Shown: one piece after another, positions 55,856-64,000 of the stretch | How positions within the stretch are numbered: position 1 is the first letter of the stretch | Layout: each line of letters starts with the position of its first letter | Source of the DNA: a virus | Lineage: Duplodnaviria; Caudoviricetes | Strand: one strand, 5' to 3' | DNA: 64,000 nucleotides | IMG/VR virus record: IMGVR_UViG_2908764845_000006 | Coordinates: 1-64,000 of that record | Translations under genes and position numbers: made by a program | Notes under the pieces: generated by a model | What the model was told of the DNA's origin: nothing | What the model saw: the letters and a program-made list of their open reading frames with translations, nothing else | Databases searched by the model: none

Positions 55856-56161
55856 CTAGATGACCTTGAAGTACTCGCGCCCGAAGAACACCGGGTGGCG
55901 ACCGCGCCATGTCGAGCCGCGGCGAAGCCATCGCCTCAGATGCTGCGGGCTGCGGAAGCGGTAGACGATCCTGGCCGTCCAGTTGCCGTATCCGTAAATG
56001 CGCTTGATGCCATCGAGCAGCGCGAGCCGGCTGGCCTCAGCCTCTTCGCCGCCGCGCGCGATATGCGGCGTGGTCTGGTCGACCACGATGTCACCGTACT
56101 CCGCGTCCTCGTCGACGTTGAAGCACTCGATCACGACCAGCTCGTTGCGGCGGCGCTTCAT
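55856..56161 (-). CDS. hypothetical protein
   Basis: 101-aa ORF followed by a hairpin. Confidence 0.5.
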   Translation of the reverse strand: MKRRRNELVVIECFNVDEDAEYGDIVVDQTTPHIARGGEEAEASRLALLDGIKRIYGYGNWTARIVYRFRSPQHLRRWLRRGSTWRGRHPVFFGREYFKVI

Positions 56162-56169
56162 GAGGACCT

Positions 56170-56670
56170 TCAGAATGGGAGCGCGGCTGCCGGGCAGATG
56201 CCGGCCAAGTAGCGCAGCGCCCGGACAGCCAGGTCGAGCTCGGTCGGCGCCTGCGCGTCGACGAACAGCGTCATCGCGAGCTGGTCGGAGCAGCGCTTGG
56301 TCGAGCCCCTGATCTCGCACACGGCGCCGGCGCGACCCGGGACGGTGAGAGCGGCGTACTTGGCGCCGCGCGAGGCGCGATACTCGTCGGACAGCTTGTC
56401 GAACGAGATCGTCTCGACGATGGGCCCGTCCCGGTGCCGCAGCGTGAACGTGCACTTCTCGCCGGGAGCGTGGTTCACCTCGAACTTCTCGCCGATGTGC
56501 CCCTCGTCCTCGTCGTGGACGCCGATCTGGTCCTGCAGGTTGTTCTCGAGGGCGAAGATCCGCGCAGCGGCTGCGATCGGCTTCATGGCCTCGGGGATGT
56601 CGTCGGCCGCGGCCGGCACAAGGGCGGCGGCGAAAGCGATGGCGGTGATGGCGATCCTGGGCACGGTCAT
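56170..56670 (-). CDS. secreted protein
   Basis: Signal peptide AITAIAFAAALVPAAA. Confidence 0.65.
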   Translation of the reverse strand: MTVPRIAITAIAFAAALVPAAADDIPEAMKPIAAAARIFALENNLQDQIGVHDEDEGHIGEKFEVNHAPGEKCTFTLRHRDGPIVETISFDKLSDEYRASRGAKYAALTVPGRAGAVCEIRGSTKRCSDQLAMTLFVDAQAPTELDLAVRALRYLAGICPAAALPF

Positions 56671-56696
56671 GGCCCGAGAACTATCACCGGCGGAAC

Positions 56697-56853
56697 TGGC
56701 TGGGAAGGGTGGGCTCGAACCACAACCCACCGAGGAATTGGAGATCCGTTAGCCGAAGGCGCGATGGTATGACCGCGGAGACTTCGACCTTTCGGCGAGG
56801 AGCTGGGGACGGATCGAGCCCCTGACGTCGCGAAAGCTCCAGATACCATCCCA
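56697..56853 (-). ncRNA. putative structured RNA with tRNA-like ends
   Basis: TGGGATG/CTTCCCA-G-CCA termini, GGTTCGAG loop, nested helices, possible pseudoknot. Confidence 0.5.
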
Positions 56854-56878
56854 GAACACCGCCAAGCCTGCCTATCTT

Positions 56879-56954
56879 TGGTGCCAAGGGATGGGTTTGA
56901 ACCACCGACGCCCGCGCCTTCAACGCGGCGCTCTACCGGCTGAGCTACCTTGGC
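56879..56954 (-). tRNA. tRNA-Phe(GAA)
   Basis: GCCAAGG..AGCTCAGCCGGTAGAGC..CCGCG TTGAAGG CGCGG..TTCAAAC..CCTTGGCACCA. Confidence 0.9.
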
Positions 56955-57442
56955 GAATGAGCAGCCCTGCCCCCGGCGCGACCGGGTTCAATCGAACCGC
57001 CGCTGCGTATTGCCATGGTGCGCAGCGGCGACAAGATCGGGAGGCGTCCTGAGACGCGCAGGGCATGAAACTGACTGAGGGACCGCCTCCGACAGAGACG
57101 GCCCCTCGATAGTCGGTCACGACGAACTGACAAACAATGCGCGAAGGAGCGGTACGAGCACCTCGTTGCATCGGGGGCGCGTATAGCGCGCCCCGCCAGC
57201 ACGATGGAAGAAAAATCTTGGTCTCGCGATCAGCAATTCGTGAGTGCCCGGCGTGGAGCCTCAGCGATCGAGCTCGTGCAGGAAGGCGAGGCATTCGACG
57301 CCGCAGTCGGTGCGGACCTTGGCATAGTCGACGCCGATGCGCGAGCTGTGGATCGACAGGACGGTGGCGCGCCGCGCGTCTGGGCGCGGATCGCCAAGCC
57401 GCAGGAACTTGAGCGTCACGCGGTCGCCGACCTTGACGTCGT

Positions 57443-57739
57443 TCACCACCAAGCATCCACGATCTGGTCGTGCGGTACGAAGGCCTTGCCGCCGTCGAGT
57501 ACGTAGACGCGGGCGCCCAGCTCGGGGACGATCACCTTGGTGATCACCCGCGGCGTGTTCGGGAAGCACTTGGTGCGGACCGTCATACCCTGCCGGTAAC
57601 CGCGCACGCGATCGAAGGCGCGCTCAGTGACGCTGCCGAACTCGCGGTGGAAGTGGAAGCGGCCGCGGAACGTGACGCTGCCGACGAGCTTCGGCTCGTC
57701 AGAGGGCTGCGGCTGGACGGCGACCTCCACCTTGCTCAC
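57443..57739 (-). CDS. hypothetical protein
   Basis: Coupled ORF. Confidence 0.5.
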   Translation of the reverse strand: MSKVEVAVQPQPSDEPKLVGSVTFRGRFHFHREFGSVTERAFDRVRGYRQGMTVRTKCFPNTPRVITKVIVPELGARVYVLDGGKAFVPHDQIVDAWW

Positions 57740-57951
57740 GCGCGCACCAGACCGTTGGCCTCGGTGAGCGAGCCCGCCTCGATCTGGCGGAGCCGCCGCG
57801 CCACTGCGCGGGGACCGTTGAGACCGTTCTTGTAGTAGGCGGCGGTGCGCTGACCGCGCGTGATCCAGCGGATGTAGCGGCGCGAGCCGGTGCCGGACAT
57901 GGCGAGAGCGGCCGCTTGAGCGGCGACGTGATCGAAAGCGCGTTTGAACAT
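57736..57951 (-). CDS. small basic hypothetical protein
   Basis: NG.RAVARR.RQIEAG.L motif. Confidence 0.5.
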   Translation of the reverse strand: MFKRAFDHVAAQAAALAMSGTGSRRYIRWITRGQRTAAYYKNGLNGPRAVARRLRQIEAGSLTEANGLVRA

Positions 57952-58170
57952 GGCGGGGGACCTGCGTGGGTGCTTGACATGGAAATGCCCGGGCTGGGCC
58001 CGGGCATCAGGATAGTTGCCGCTGTTCTCAAAGCCGGATGCGCCCCCACGGACATCACAGCGAGGGCCCGACGGGAGACCAATCTCGTCGGCTAGGCACG
58101 CGGCTCTCCCCATGGCCTAGAGGTGGCCCCGCCCCTGTTGGTCCAGAGGCGAGGCCGTTGTCGTGGTCGG

Positions 58171-58689
58171 TTACTGCGCGGCGGGAGCCGCAGGAGCAGC
58201 AGCGGCGGCAGGGTCAGCAGCAGGAGCAGCGGGAGCCGCAGCCGGATCGGTCGGAGCCGGAGCCGCCGCCGGCGCCTGAGTGGCGTCGGCCGGAGCAGCA
58301 GCCGGGGCCGCAGCGGCGGCAGCAGCGGGAGCCGGCTGACCAGCCAGCGCGGTCTGCGCGGCGTTGACCGCATCGCCGAGCGCCTTCACCACGCCGTCGA
58401 TGGCGTTGGCCGAGGACTCGACCACGGCCGGGTCGACACCGGGCACCTGGCTGGCGATGGCGACGATCTTGGCGGTCTCGGTCTGCATGATCGAGACGGC
58501 GGCGGGGATCGCGGCAAGCAATGCGGCGACGGCGGTGGTGAGATGATCCTGTTCAGCGGACATATGCTGCAGCTCCAGTTCAAGGTGAGCCATCCGCTGC
58601 TCCATCGAGAGATGCGGAGGACGAGATGCGCGGCGCTGATTGCGCTTGGCGCGGTGGATGTTGATGAGGTCGAGTAGTTCAGCGAACAT
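58171..58689 (-). CDS. Ala/Pro-rich hypothetical protein
   Basis: Helical region plus low-complexity tail. Confidence 0.55.
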   Translation of the reverse strand: MFAELLDLINIHRAKRNQRRASRPPHLSMEQRMAHLELELQHMSAEQDHLTTAVAALLAAIPAAVSIMQTETAKIVAIASQVPGVDPAVVESSANAIDGVVKALGDAVNAAQTALAGQPAPAAAAAAAPAAAPADATQAPAAAPAPTDPAAAPAAPAADPAAAAAPAAPAAQ

Positions 58690-58873
58690 CAGGCGATCTC
58701 CGGTGGGGCGCCTTCTTTGGCGAAACCGATCAGGTCGATGAGCGCGTCGCGCTCGCGCTGCTGGCGCGAGCCGATCAGCGGCGCGGCTGGCGGGAGAGAG
58801 CGCGTGAAGCGCTCGATCTCGTGCTGCAGCCGCAGATACTGAAACGTGGTGAAGGGAACGACGTTGGACACCG

Positions 58874-59290
58874 TCAGCGCCCCGTCTGGATCGCCGGGAA
58901 GTCGGGGTGCCCCGGATGGGGACGCGACTGGGTGGGAAGCCCGAGCTTGGCGCGAACCTTGATCTTGTTCGCGGTGTCCATCGCGTACCCGCCGTCGACC
59001 ACGGTGCGGAAGGTGATGCCGTGACCCTTCAGCGTCTTGCGCAGCTTGCTGAGGTGGACGTCCACCGTCTTGTCGCACGGCAGATCGCAGTCCGGCCGGT
59101 GGCCGTACAGCATCGCGTAGAGCGCGTCGTGGGTGACGAAGGAGCGGTTGAGCAGCATGCCGAGGATCTTCGGCTGCGTGGCGCCGGTGAGGCCGAAGGC
59201 CAGGCGCAGCTGCACGAGGAACGGCTCGTCGACGCCGAGGATCGCCTCCAGCTGGGCAACGCGATCGCGCAGCGCTTCGAGCTCAGTCAT
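58874..59290 (-). CDS. winged-helix (OmpR C-terminal-like) regulator
   Basis: KTVDVHLSKLRK.L....F.TV...GY. Confidence 0.8.
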   Translation of the reverse strand: MTELEALRDRVAQLEAILGVDEPFLVQLRLAFGLTGATQPKILGMLLNRSFVTHDALYAMLYGHRPDCDLPCDKTVDVHLSKLRKTLKGHGITFRTVVDGGYAMDTANKIKVRAKLGLPTQSRPHPGHPDFPAIQTGR

Positions 59291-59636
59291 GCGTCCCCGC
59301 TTCGGCGCCGTTGAAATGCACGCATAGCGGATCGGAGCCGGCCTCGAAGGATCGGCACACGTCCGGACGGTCCTCGTAAATCGTGCAGCGGCCGTCGGCG
59401 CCGAGCTTCGGGCACGTCCACTCGAAGGTGGCGTAAGGCCGCCCGCTCTCCGGATCGACGTAGCTCGACAGCGGCGCGATGGGCTCGAACGGCAGACCGT
59501 GCGCGCGCGCCTGCGCGCTCACGTCCTCGTCGGTCCAGACCGTCAGCGGCTCGCCGTTCTGCGACAGATGCATCACCCGGCAGCACTGACCGGGCGCGTA
59601 GCAGCGATCACAGAGGCTCACCGCGACTTTTCCCAC
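59283..59636 (-). CDS. YkgJ-family cysteine-cluster protein
   Basis: CDRC....CC; CPKL...RCTIYEDRPDVCR.F. Confidence 0.8.
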   Translation of the reverse strand: MGKVAVSLCDRCYAPGQCCRVMHLSQNGEPLTVWTDEDVSAQARAHGLPFEPIAPLSSYVDPESGRPYATFEWTCPKLGADGRCTIYEDRPDVCRSFEAGSDPLCVHFNGAEAGTHD

Positions 59637-60037
59637 TCTCGCTCGCGATACTCGCGCAGCTCGATGCGATAGCTGTCGGCTTCCTCATAGACCCGGACCG
59701 GGATCACCCGGCTCTCGGTATCCTTGTGAGTGTCCTTCAGCAGTTCGACCGCCTCGGCCTTGGTCCACCGGATGGTGTCGCCCCAGATGCCTTGGCAGCC
59801 GTTGGCGAGGGCCCACGCCTCGGTGCCGCCGTGCAACTGGATGGCACAGGCCGGGCACTTCGGACCGAACTCGTCGGTGTTGAGGATGGACGCGCGCGGG
59901 TCAGCCGCGTCGAAGAAGTACTCGCACTCCTCGCACACCAGCCGGAGGTCCGGCTGCACGGGCGCCTTGCAGCCATCCTTGATGCAGGCTGCGAGCGTGA
60001 GACAGTTTTCGGAGCAGTGCCGCGGGAAGCTCTTCAT
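59618..60037 (-). CDS. Zn-ribbon hypothetical protein
   Basis: CEEC...CPAC. Confidence 0.55.
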   Translation of the reverse strand: MKSFPRHCSENCLTLAACIKDGCKAPVQPDLRLVCEECEYFFDAADPRASILNTDEFGPKCPACAIQLHGGTEAWALANGCQGIWGDTIRWTKAEAVELLKDTHKDTESRVIPVRVYEEADSYRIELREYREREWEKSR

Positions 60038-60252
60038 CAGATCGGCCTGTAGTTCGCCGGGTGCGCGAAGTAGAGCTCGAGGTCGGCGACCTTGAAGTGC
60101 GCGACGACGAGATACTCGGGCACGCCCAGCTGATGCTTCGTAAGCGCGCATTTTACTGCACAGGCTGCGCGCGCGGCTGGCCGCGGCGTCGCGTGGCGCC
60201 GGGGCCCAGCGGGATCATCGGAACGGCTTGATTGATCCTGAGCGTTTGACGG

Positions 60253-61854
60253 TCAGCCGCTGTCGTTGTCAGCTGGCAGGTTTTTTTGAGCGGTGCAATT
60301 GAACGGCAACAGATCTTCGATATCGGCGTCTGGCGCGCGTTGGGGCAATTCGGTGAGCGCGTGACGTAGCCATGCATAGGGATCGACGCCGCATGCCCGG
60401 CATGTCAGCACCAAACTGTAGATCACGGCGCTTGCCTTGGCGCCGGCAACGGTGTCGCTGAACAGCCAACTTTTTCGTCCGGTGCAAAACGGCCTGATGT
60501 CGCGCTCCAGAACATTGTTATCGATCGGGGCGAGACCGTCACTGGTGTAACGGGTCAGATAATCCCATTGGTTGCGTGCATAGGCGATCGCCTTGCCGGT
60601 CAAGCTTTCGGGTAGCACCTTCGGCGCCTGGTCGTCGAGCCAGGTCCGGAAGGCGGCCAATACCGGCAGGCTATGCTGCTGGCGCAGCCGCAAGGTGTAT
60701 GCGGCGCGCGTTTCGCCGTCGGGCGGCGTCTGGCGCGCCACCCTCTCGACCTCGTACAACGCCTCGAAGAACTTGAGCGCCTGCAATGGCGGACCGCCAG
60801 GCTTTGTCCTGGCCTTGAGCGCATCGGTAAATTTCCTGCGCGCATGCGCCATACAGCCGAGATGGGTCGCGCCTGTCAGCGTGCGCCAGGCGTCATAGCC
60901 GTCGCTCATCAACAAGCCGCGATAGCCGGCCAGGAAGGCCTGAGGATGTTGCTGGCCGCGACCGGGCTGGTAATCGAACAGCACGACCGGCTGCGCGCAG
61001 TCCTGGCCGCTGCGATAGGCCCACATGAAGGATTTGGCCTGCGCATCACGGCCGTCCTCTTTAAGAACCTGGACCCAGGTTTCGTCGCCGTGGACCAGGG
61101 GCTGCGACATGAGCTTTTGCTGTAGCGCGTCATAGACCCGATGCAGATGCAACTCGCTCGCCCGGATCACCCAGTTGCCCAGCGTCCCGCGGCTGATGCT
61201 GACGTCGGCGCGCCCCAGCGCGTCCGCCACACGGTACAGCGGCGTGCCGTCGACGTATTTGTTGGCGAGCACCAGCGCCAGCGTCGATGGCGTGGCGACG
61301 CTACCCGGCAGCGGCTGCGCCGGCATCGGCGCGGTCACAATCGGGGTGTTCAGCGCGGTGCGCTCGCAGTGACGGCAGGCATATTTGAACCGCACATGTT
61401 GCAGCACCGACGCCTTGACCTCGACGTGCAACTGCTCGGTGACGGTCTCGCCCATCCGATGCATCCGATTATGGCAGCACGGACAGTCCTTTTGATCCTC
61501 ACCCAGATCGTGTTCGACGCGTTGGCGCGGCAGATCGTCAGGCAGCGGCTTGCGGCCGCGTGCCTTCGGCGCCGGCTTTGGAGCCTCCGGCAATCCCGTG
61601 TCCGGCACGGCGACCGCCTCGACATCGTCGTCGTCCCGGCTTTCAGCGGCGGCCTGCTCGGCTTCGTTGAAGATGCGCTCCTTGAGCTTTTCGCTCTTCG
61701 GCGCATACCGGTGCAGGCGCTCCAGGCGCAACTGCTCCTCTAGATGCAGCACGCGTTGTGCGAGTTTCTCGTTTTCGGCCTTCAGCGCCGCGATCTCGGC
61801 CGCGTGCGCCGCGATCAAGGCTTCCAGTTCGTGCGTCGTGGGCTTGCGACTCAT
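60253..61854 (-). CDS. tnpC: IS66 transposase TnpC
   Basis: HGDET, SDGY, C.AHARRKF and IDNN..ER motifs. Confidence 0.95.
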   Translation of the reverse strand: MSRKPTTHELEALIAAHAAEIAALKAENEKLAQRVLHLEEQLRLERLHRYAPKSEKLKERIFNEAEQAAAESRDDDDVEAVAVPDTGLPEAPKPAPKARGRKPLPDDLPRQRVEHDLGEDQKDCPCCHNRMHRMGETVTEQLHVEVKASVLQHVRFKYACRHCERTALNTPIVTAPMPAQPLPGSVATPSTLALVLANKYVDGTPLYRVADALGRADVSISRGTLGNWVIRASELHLHRVYDALQQKLMSQPLVHGDETWVQVLKEDGRDAQAKSFMWAYRSGQDCAQPVVLFDYQPGRGQQHPQAFLAGYRGLLMSDGYDAWRTLTGATHLGCMAHARRKFTDALKARTKPGGPPLQALKFFEALYEVERVARQTPPDGETRAAYTLRLRQQHSLPVLAAFRTWLDDQAPKVLPESLTGKAIAYARNQWDYLTRYTSDGLAPIDNNVLERDIRPFCTGRKSWLFSDTVAGAKASAVIYSLVLTCRACGVDPYAWLRHALTELPQRAPDADIEDLLPFNCTAQKNLPADNDSG

Positions 61855-61979
61855 CGGAGTCTTGAATCGAAGTCATGCCGCCGCGTCAACCGGGCTCCCA
61901 TGTCTTCGTCATGTCTTCGGCCGCGTCATCTGAGAACGGCCATGCCGAAGCCCGATGACGCCGCCCGCATCGAACACGC

Positions 61980-62333
61980 TCAGCCCACGCTCTGATATTG
62001 CCGCACCGGATGACGACGCACCGCCGCGATGTTGATGCCGTCAAGCAGCCAGTGCAGCTCCTCCGTCGTCAGCGTCAGCACCGCCTCCTGACTTCGGGGC
62101 CAGTGGAATCTGTCGGCCTCCAGCCGCTTCAGCAGCATCCAAAATCCTGACCGATCATAAATCAGCAGCTTGATCCGGTCGCGGCGACGATTGCAGAACG
62201 CGAACACCGCGCGCTGGAACGGATCCAGCCCCATCGACTGCTCGACCACGATCGCCAGGCTGTTGATGCCCGCCCGGAAGTCAATCGGTTCGCGGTGAAG
62301 GTAGACCCGAAGATCAGACGCCAGTCGGAACAT
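61980..62333 (-). CDS. tnpB: IS66 accessory protein TnpB
   Basis: PIDFRAGINSL..F.NRRRDRIK...KRLE. Confidence 0.93.
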   Translation of the reverse strand: MFRLASDLRVYLHREPIDFRAGINSLAIVVEQSMGLDPFQRAVFAFCNRRRDRIKLLIYDRSGFWMLLKRLEADRFHWPRSQEAVLTLTTEELHWLLDGINIAAVRRHPVRQYQSVG

Positions 62334-62760
62334 CGCAACGCCCCAGCGCTTCAATCACCGCCGACAGCAACTGCGCGTCGCCGCCTTCCAGCGAAAGCGT
62401 CACGCCGTTGGGCATCGATGCCGTCAGCCGCCCTGCACAGGATCGCTCCGTCGCGCAAACCGCAATCGCGCCAGCAGATCGAGTTGGCGACGGCGACGGC
62501 GCGCGAACCGGAATAAAGGCTGGCGCAATCGGCGCCCGCGCCTCCGGCTGGCCATCCCCGTTCTGAAGTTGTCGCTTGGCCACCCACTTGCGCAGCAGGT
62601 TCGCGTTCACGCCGTGTTGCAGCGCAAGCCCCGCCAGCGACACGCCAGACTGCAGACAGGCCTCGACCAGCCGCTGTTTGCTGGCCGGATCATAGCGACG
62701 CCGGCCATTGCGCAACACGCCGACCGTCTCAAGTCTCAAAGGTTCTTCTGGAGTGATCAT
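62314..62760 (-). CDS. tnpA: IS66 TnpA (HTH)
   Basis: GRRRY...K..LV......S...LA..HGVNANLLRKW. Confidence 0.9.
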   Translation of the reverse strand: MITPEEPLRLETVGVLRNGRRRYDPASKQRLVEACLQSGVSLAGLALQHGVNANLLRKWVAKRQLQNGDGQPEARAPIAPAFIPVRAPSPSPTRSAGAIAVCATERSCAGRLTASMPNGVTLSLEGGDAQLLSAVIEALGRCDVPTGV

Positions 62761-62989
62761 CGATCGTGTCCACCTCGCTCATGGTGGACACCTCATCCCA
62801 TCCCCGCGCTCAACTGCATAGGTGCGTAGAAAGGAGCGCTTACGATGCTTCAGCTCGTGCACCTTGGCGACCGCCTTCTCCCGGGTGGAGGCCGCGACGA
62901 ACCAGCAGGACCGGTTGTCGTCGCAGTAGGCGACCGCCATGAACGGATTGAGCCTGATCTCGTCGAGCGTGAGGTAGCCGCTGCCGCCG

Positions 62990-63607
62990 TTACCCACGTC
63001 GGGCACGTTCCGCCAGCATCAGCGCGGCGACGTCGTAGGCGGTCGAGGCCAGGTCGCGATGGTCGACGACGCAGGAGGCCAACAGCCCGGACATCGCATG
63101 AGCCGCGAACACGTCGCGCATGTAGGCGACGGCTTCGGGGTCCAGCTCGGGAGCTTTGGTGGTGGACCCGGGAGGGGCGACCAGAAGGTCGCTGAGGTCA
63201 GCGCCCGTGCCGGGGCCCGGCTCCGCTTGAGCTGCGCCGGTCCCGACCAGCGTCTCCACCCCGGAGGCCACGGTCTGACCGAGCACCGCCGGGTCGAGGA
63301 CCTTGAACACATCCTCGGAGCGGTACCGCGAGAGCGGGTCGGGCGCCTGCCGGCCGGCGATGATGTCGGGCGGAGCGATGCCATCCAGCGGACGGTTGAA
63401 GTTGCCGAAGGGCGGAGTGTGAAAGACGACCCCGGACGGGACCTCGATGGTCGGCGTGTCCCCGAACAGGACGCGCGACAGCTCCTCGACCGTGCGAGGC
63501 GCGTTGTTGCGAGCCGGCTCGAACACGATCGAGCCGACGGTGAGGTCTTTCGACATCGGGCGGGGTCCAACGATGGGGGCTGGGCGGAACTGGACGTGGA
63601 CGTCCAA
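62990..63607 (-). CDS. phage hypothetical protein
   Basis: C-terminal MRDVFAAHAM.G......AY..A..ML.ER motif; start uncertain. Confidence 0.6.
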   Translation of the reverse strand: MDVHVQFRPAPIVGPRPMSKDLTVGSIVFEPARNNAPRTVEELSRVLFGDTPTIEVPSGVVFHTPPFGNFNRPLDGIAPPDIIAGRQAPDPLSRYRSEDVFKVLDPAVLGQTVASGVETLVGTGAAQAEPGPGTGADLSDLLVAPPGSTTKAPELDPEAVAYMRDVFAAHAMSGLLASCVVDHRDLASTAYDVAALMLAERARRG

Positions 63608-64000
63608 TGGTGTTTCCCCGCCTCCCCCTACCCGGCCAGGATGGGCGGTGTCGGGACGGAAGCGGGGGCGGAAAGCGACGGAGGCCAGCGTCAGCCGTGC
63701 CTAGGAGGGCTGGCGCTGACCTCACGTGACCGGCTATCGGAGGGCCGGATCGGGGGAAACTGGTTGGGGACTACGAGGGACGTCGTCTCGGGTGACGCGG
63801 GACCATCGGGACCGCGCGGTCTCCGGTCTGGGTGACCGGGCGCAGCTTCCCGTTAGGAAGTACCCTCATGGATACCTTCCCCCACAATCAATCTGACGAT
63901 GTTCCTGAGTGAACGGCACACCCTCGCTTGATGCTCGGGGTGCCTCATGACGCAGTGGTGGCCGCGCCCGGGCGTGTGTAGGCCACGGTTTTGACAGCAA

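Larger units (their letters stand above)
60140..62843 (-). mobile_element. IS66-family insertion sequence
   Basis: GTAAGCGC terminal IRs; 8-bp TSD GATGCTTC (60132-60139 and 62844-62851); tnpABC. Confidence 0.96.
60037..63006 (-). pseudogene. small phage gene split by IS66
   Basis: Removing the IS and one TSD restores ..KVHELKHQLGVPEYLVAHFKV..YRPI*. Confidence 0.7.

Noticed and set aside
56799-56840. Hammerhead ribozyme on the plus strand (CTGACG..GAAA)
   Set aside because: The core reads CUGACGU rather than CUGANGA, stem II is missing and the cleavage base would be G
56697-56853. tmRNA, group I intron or canonical HDV/theta ribozyme
   Set aside because: No alanine-type acceptor or tag ORF, no P7/J8-7 consensus, and P3/L3 is not placed as HDV topology requires
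58171-58340. Tandem repeat element
   Set aside because: Simply codes for an Ala/Pro low-complexity protein tail

Overview
High-GC DNA of Bradyrhizobium-like alphaproteobacterial character. Most of the window (about 8-64 kb, almost entirely on the minus strand) is a temperate contractile-tailed (myovirus-type) prophage. In transcription order from the right it has: many small accessory ORFs with an intact IS66 insertion (8-bp TSD); a cluster of two tRNAs (fMet-CAT, Phe-GAA) embedded in several unexplained structured non-coding modules; a probable Tad1/Acb2-type sponge; a PAPS-reductase-like gene; a basic peptide; TerS, TerL and portal; an SGNH esterase; a NUDIX-Acb1-prohead protease-scaffold polyprotein; major capsid; neck; sheath, tube and chaperone with a -1 frameshift; tape measure; baseplate; fibres; endolysin and spanins. 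The left 8 kb is accessory or defence-like cargo: an IS1380 pseudogene, an HD-phosphohydrolase/YwgA-like operon with a LexA box in its promoter, a TIR protein, hicAB and a frameshifted ATP-dependent ligase. The top candidate for a new system is the head polyprotein. It fuses two nucleotide-destroying enzymes to the maturation protease, and its N-terminus resembles a short N-terminal motif of the major capsid protein, suggesting virion-packaged anti-defence cargo. No integrase or att site is visible. All family calls come from motif recognition by eye, not database searches.
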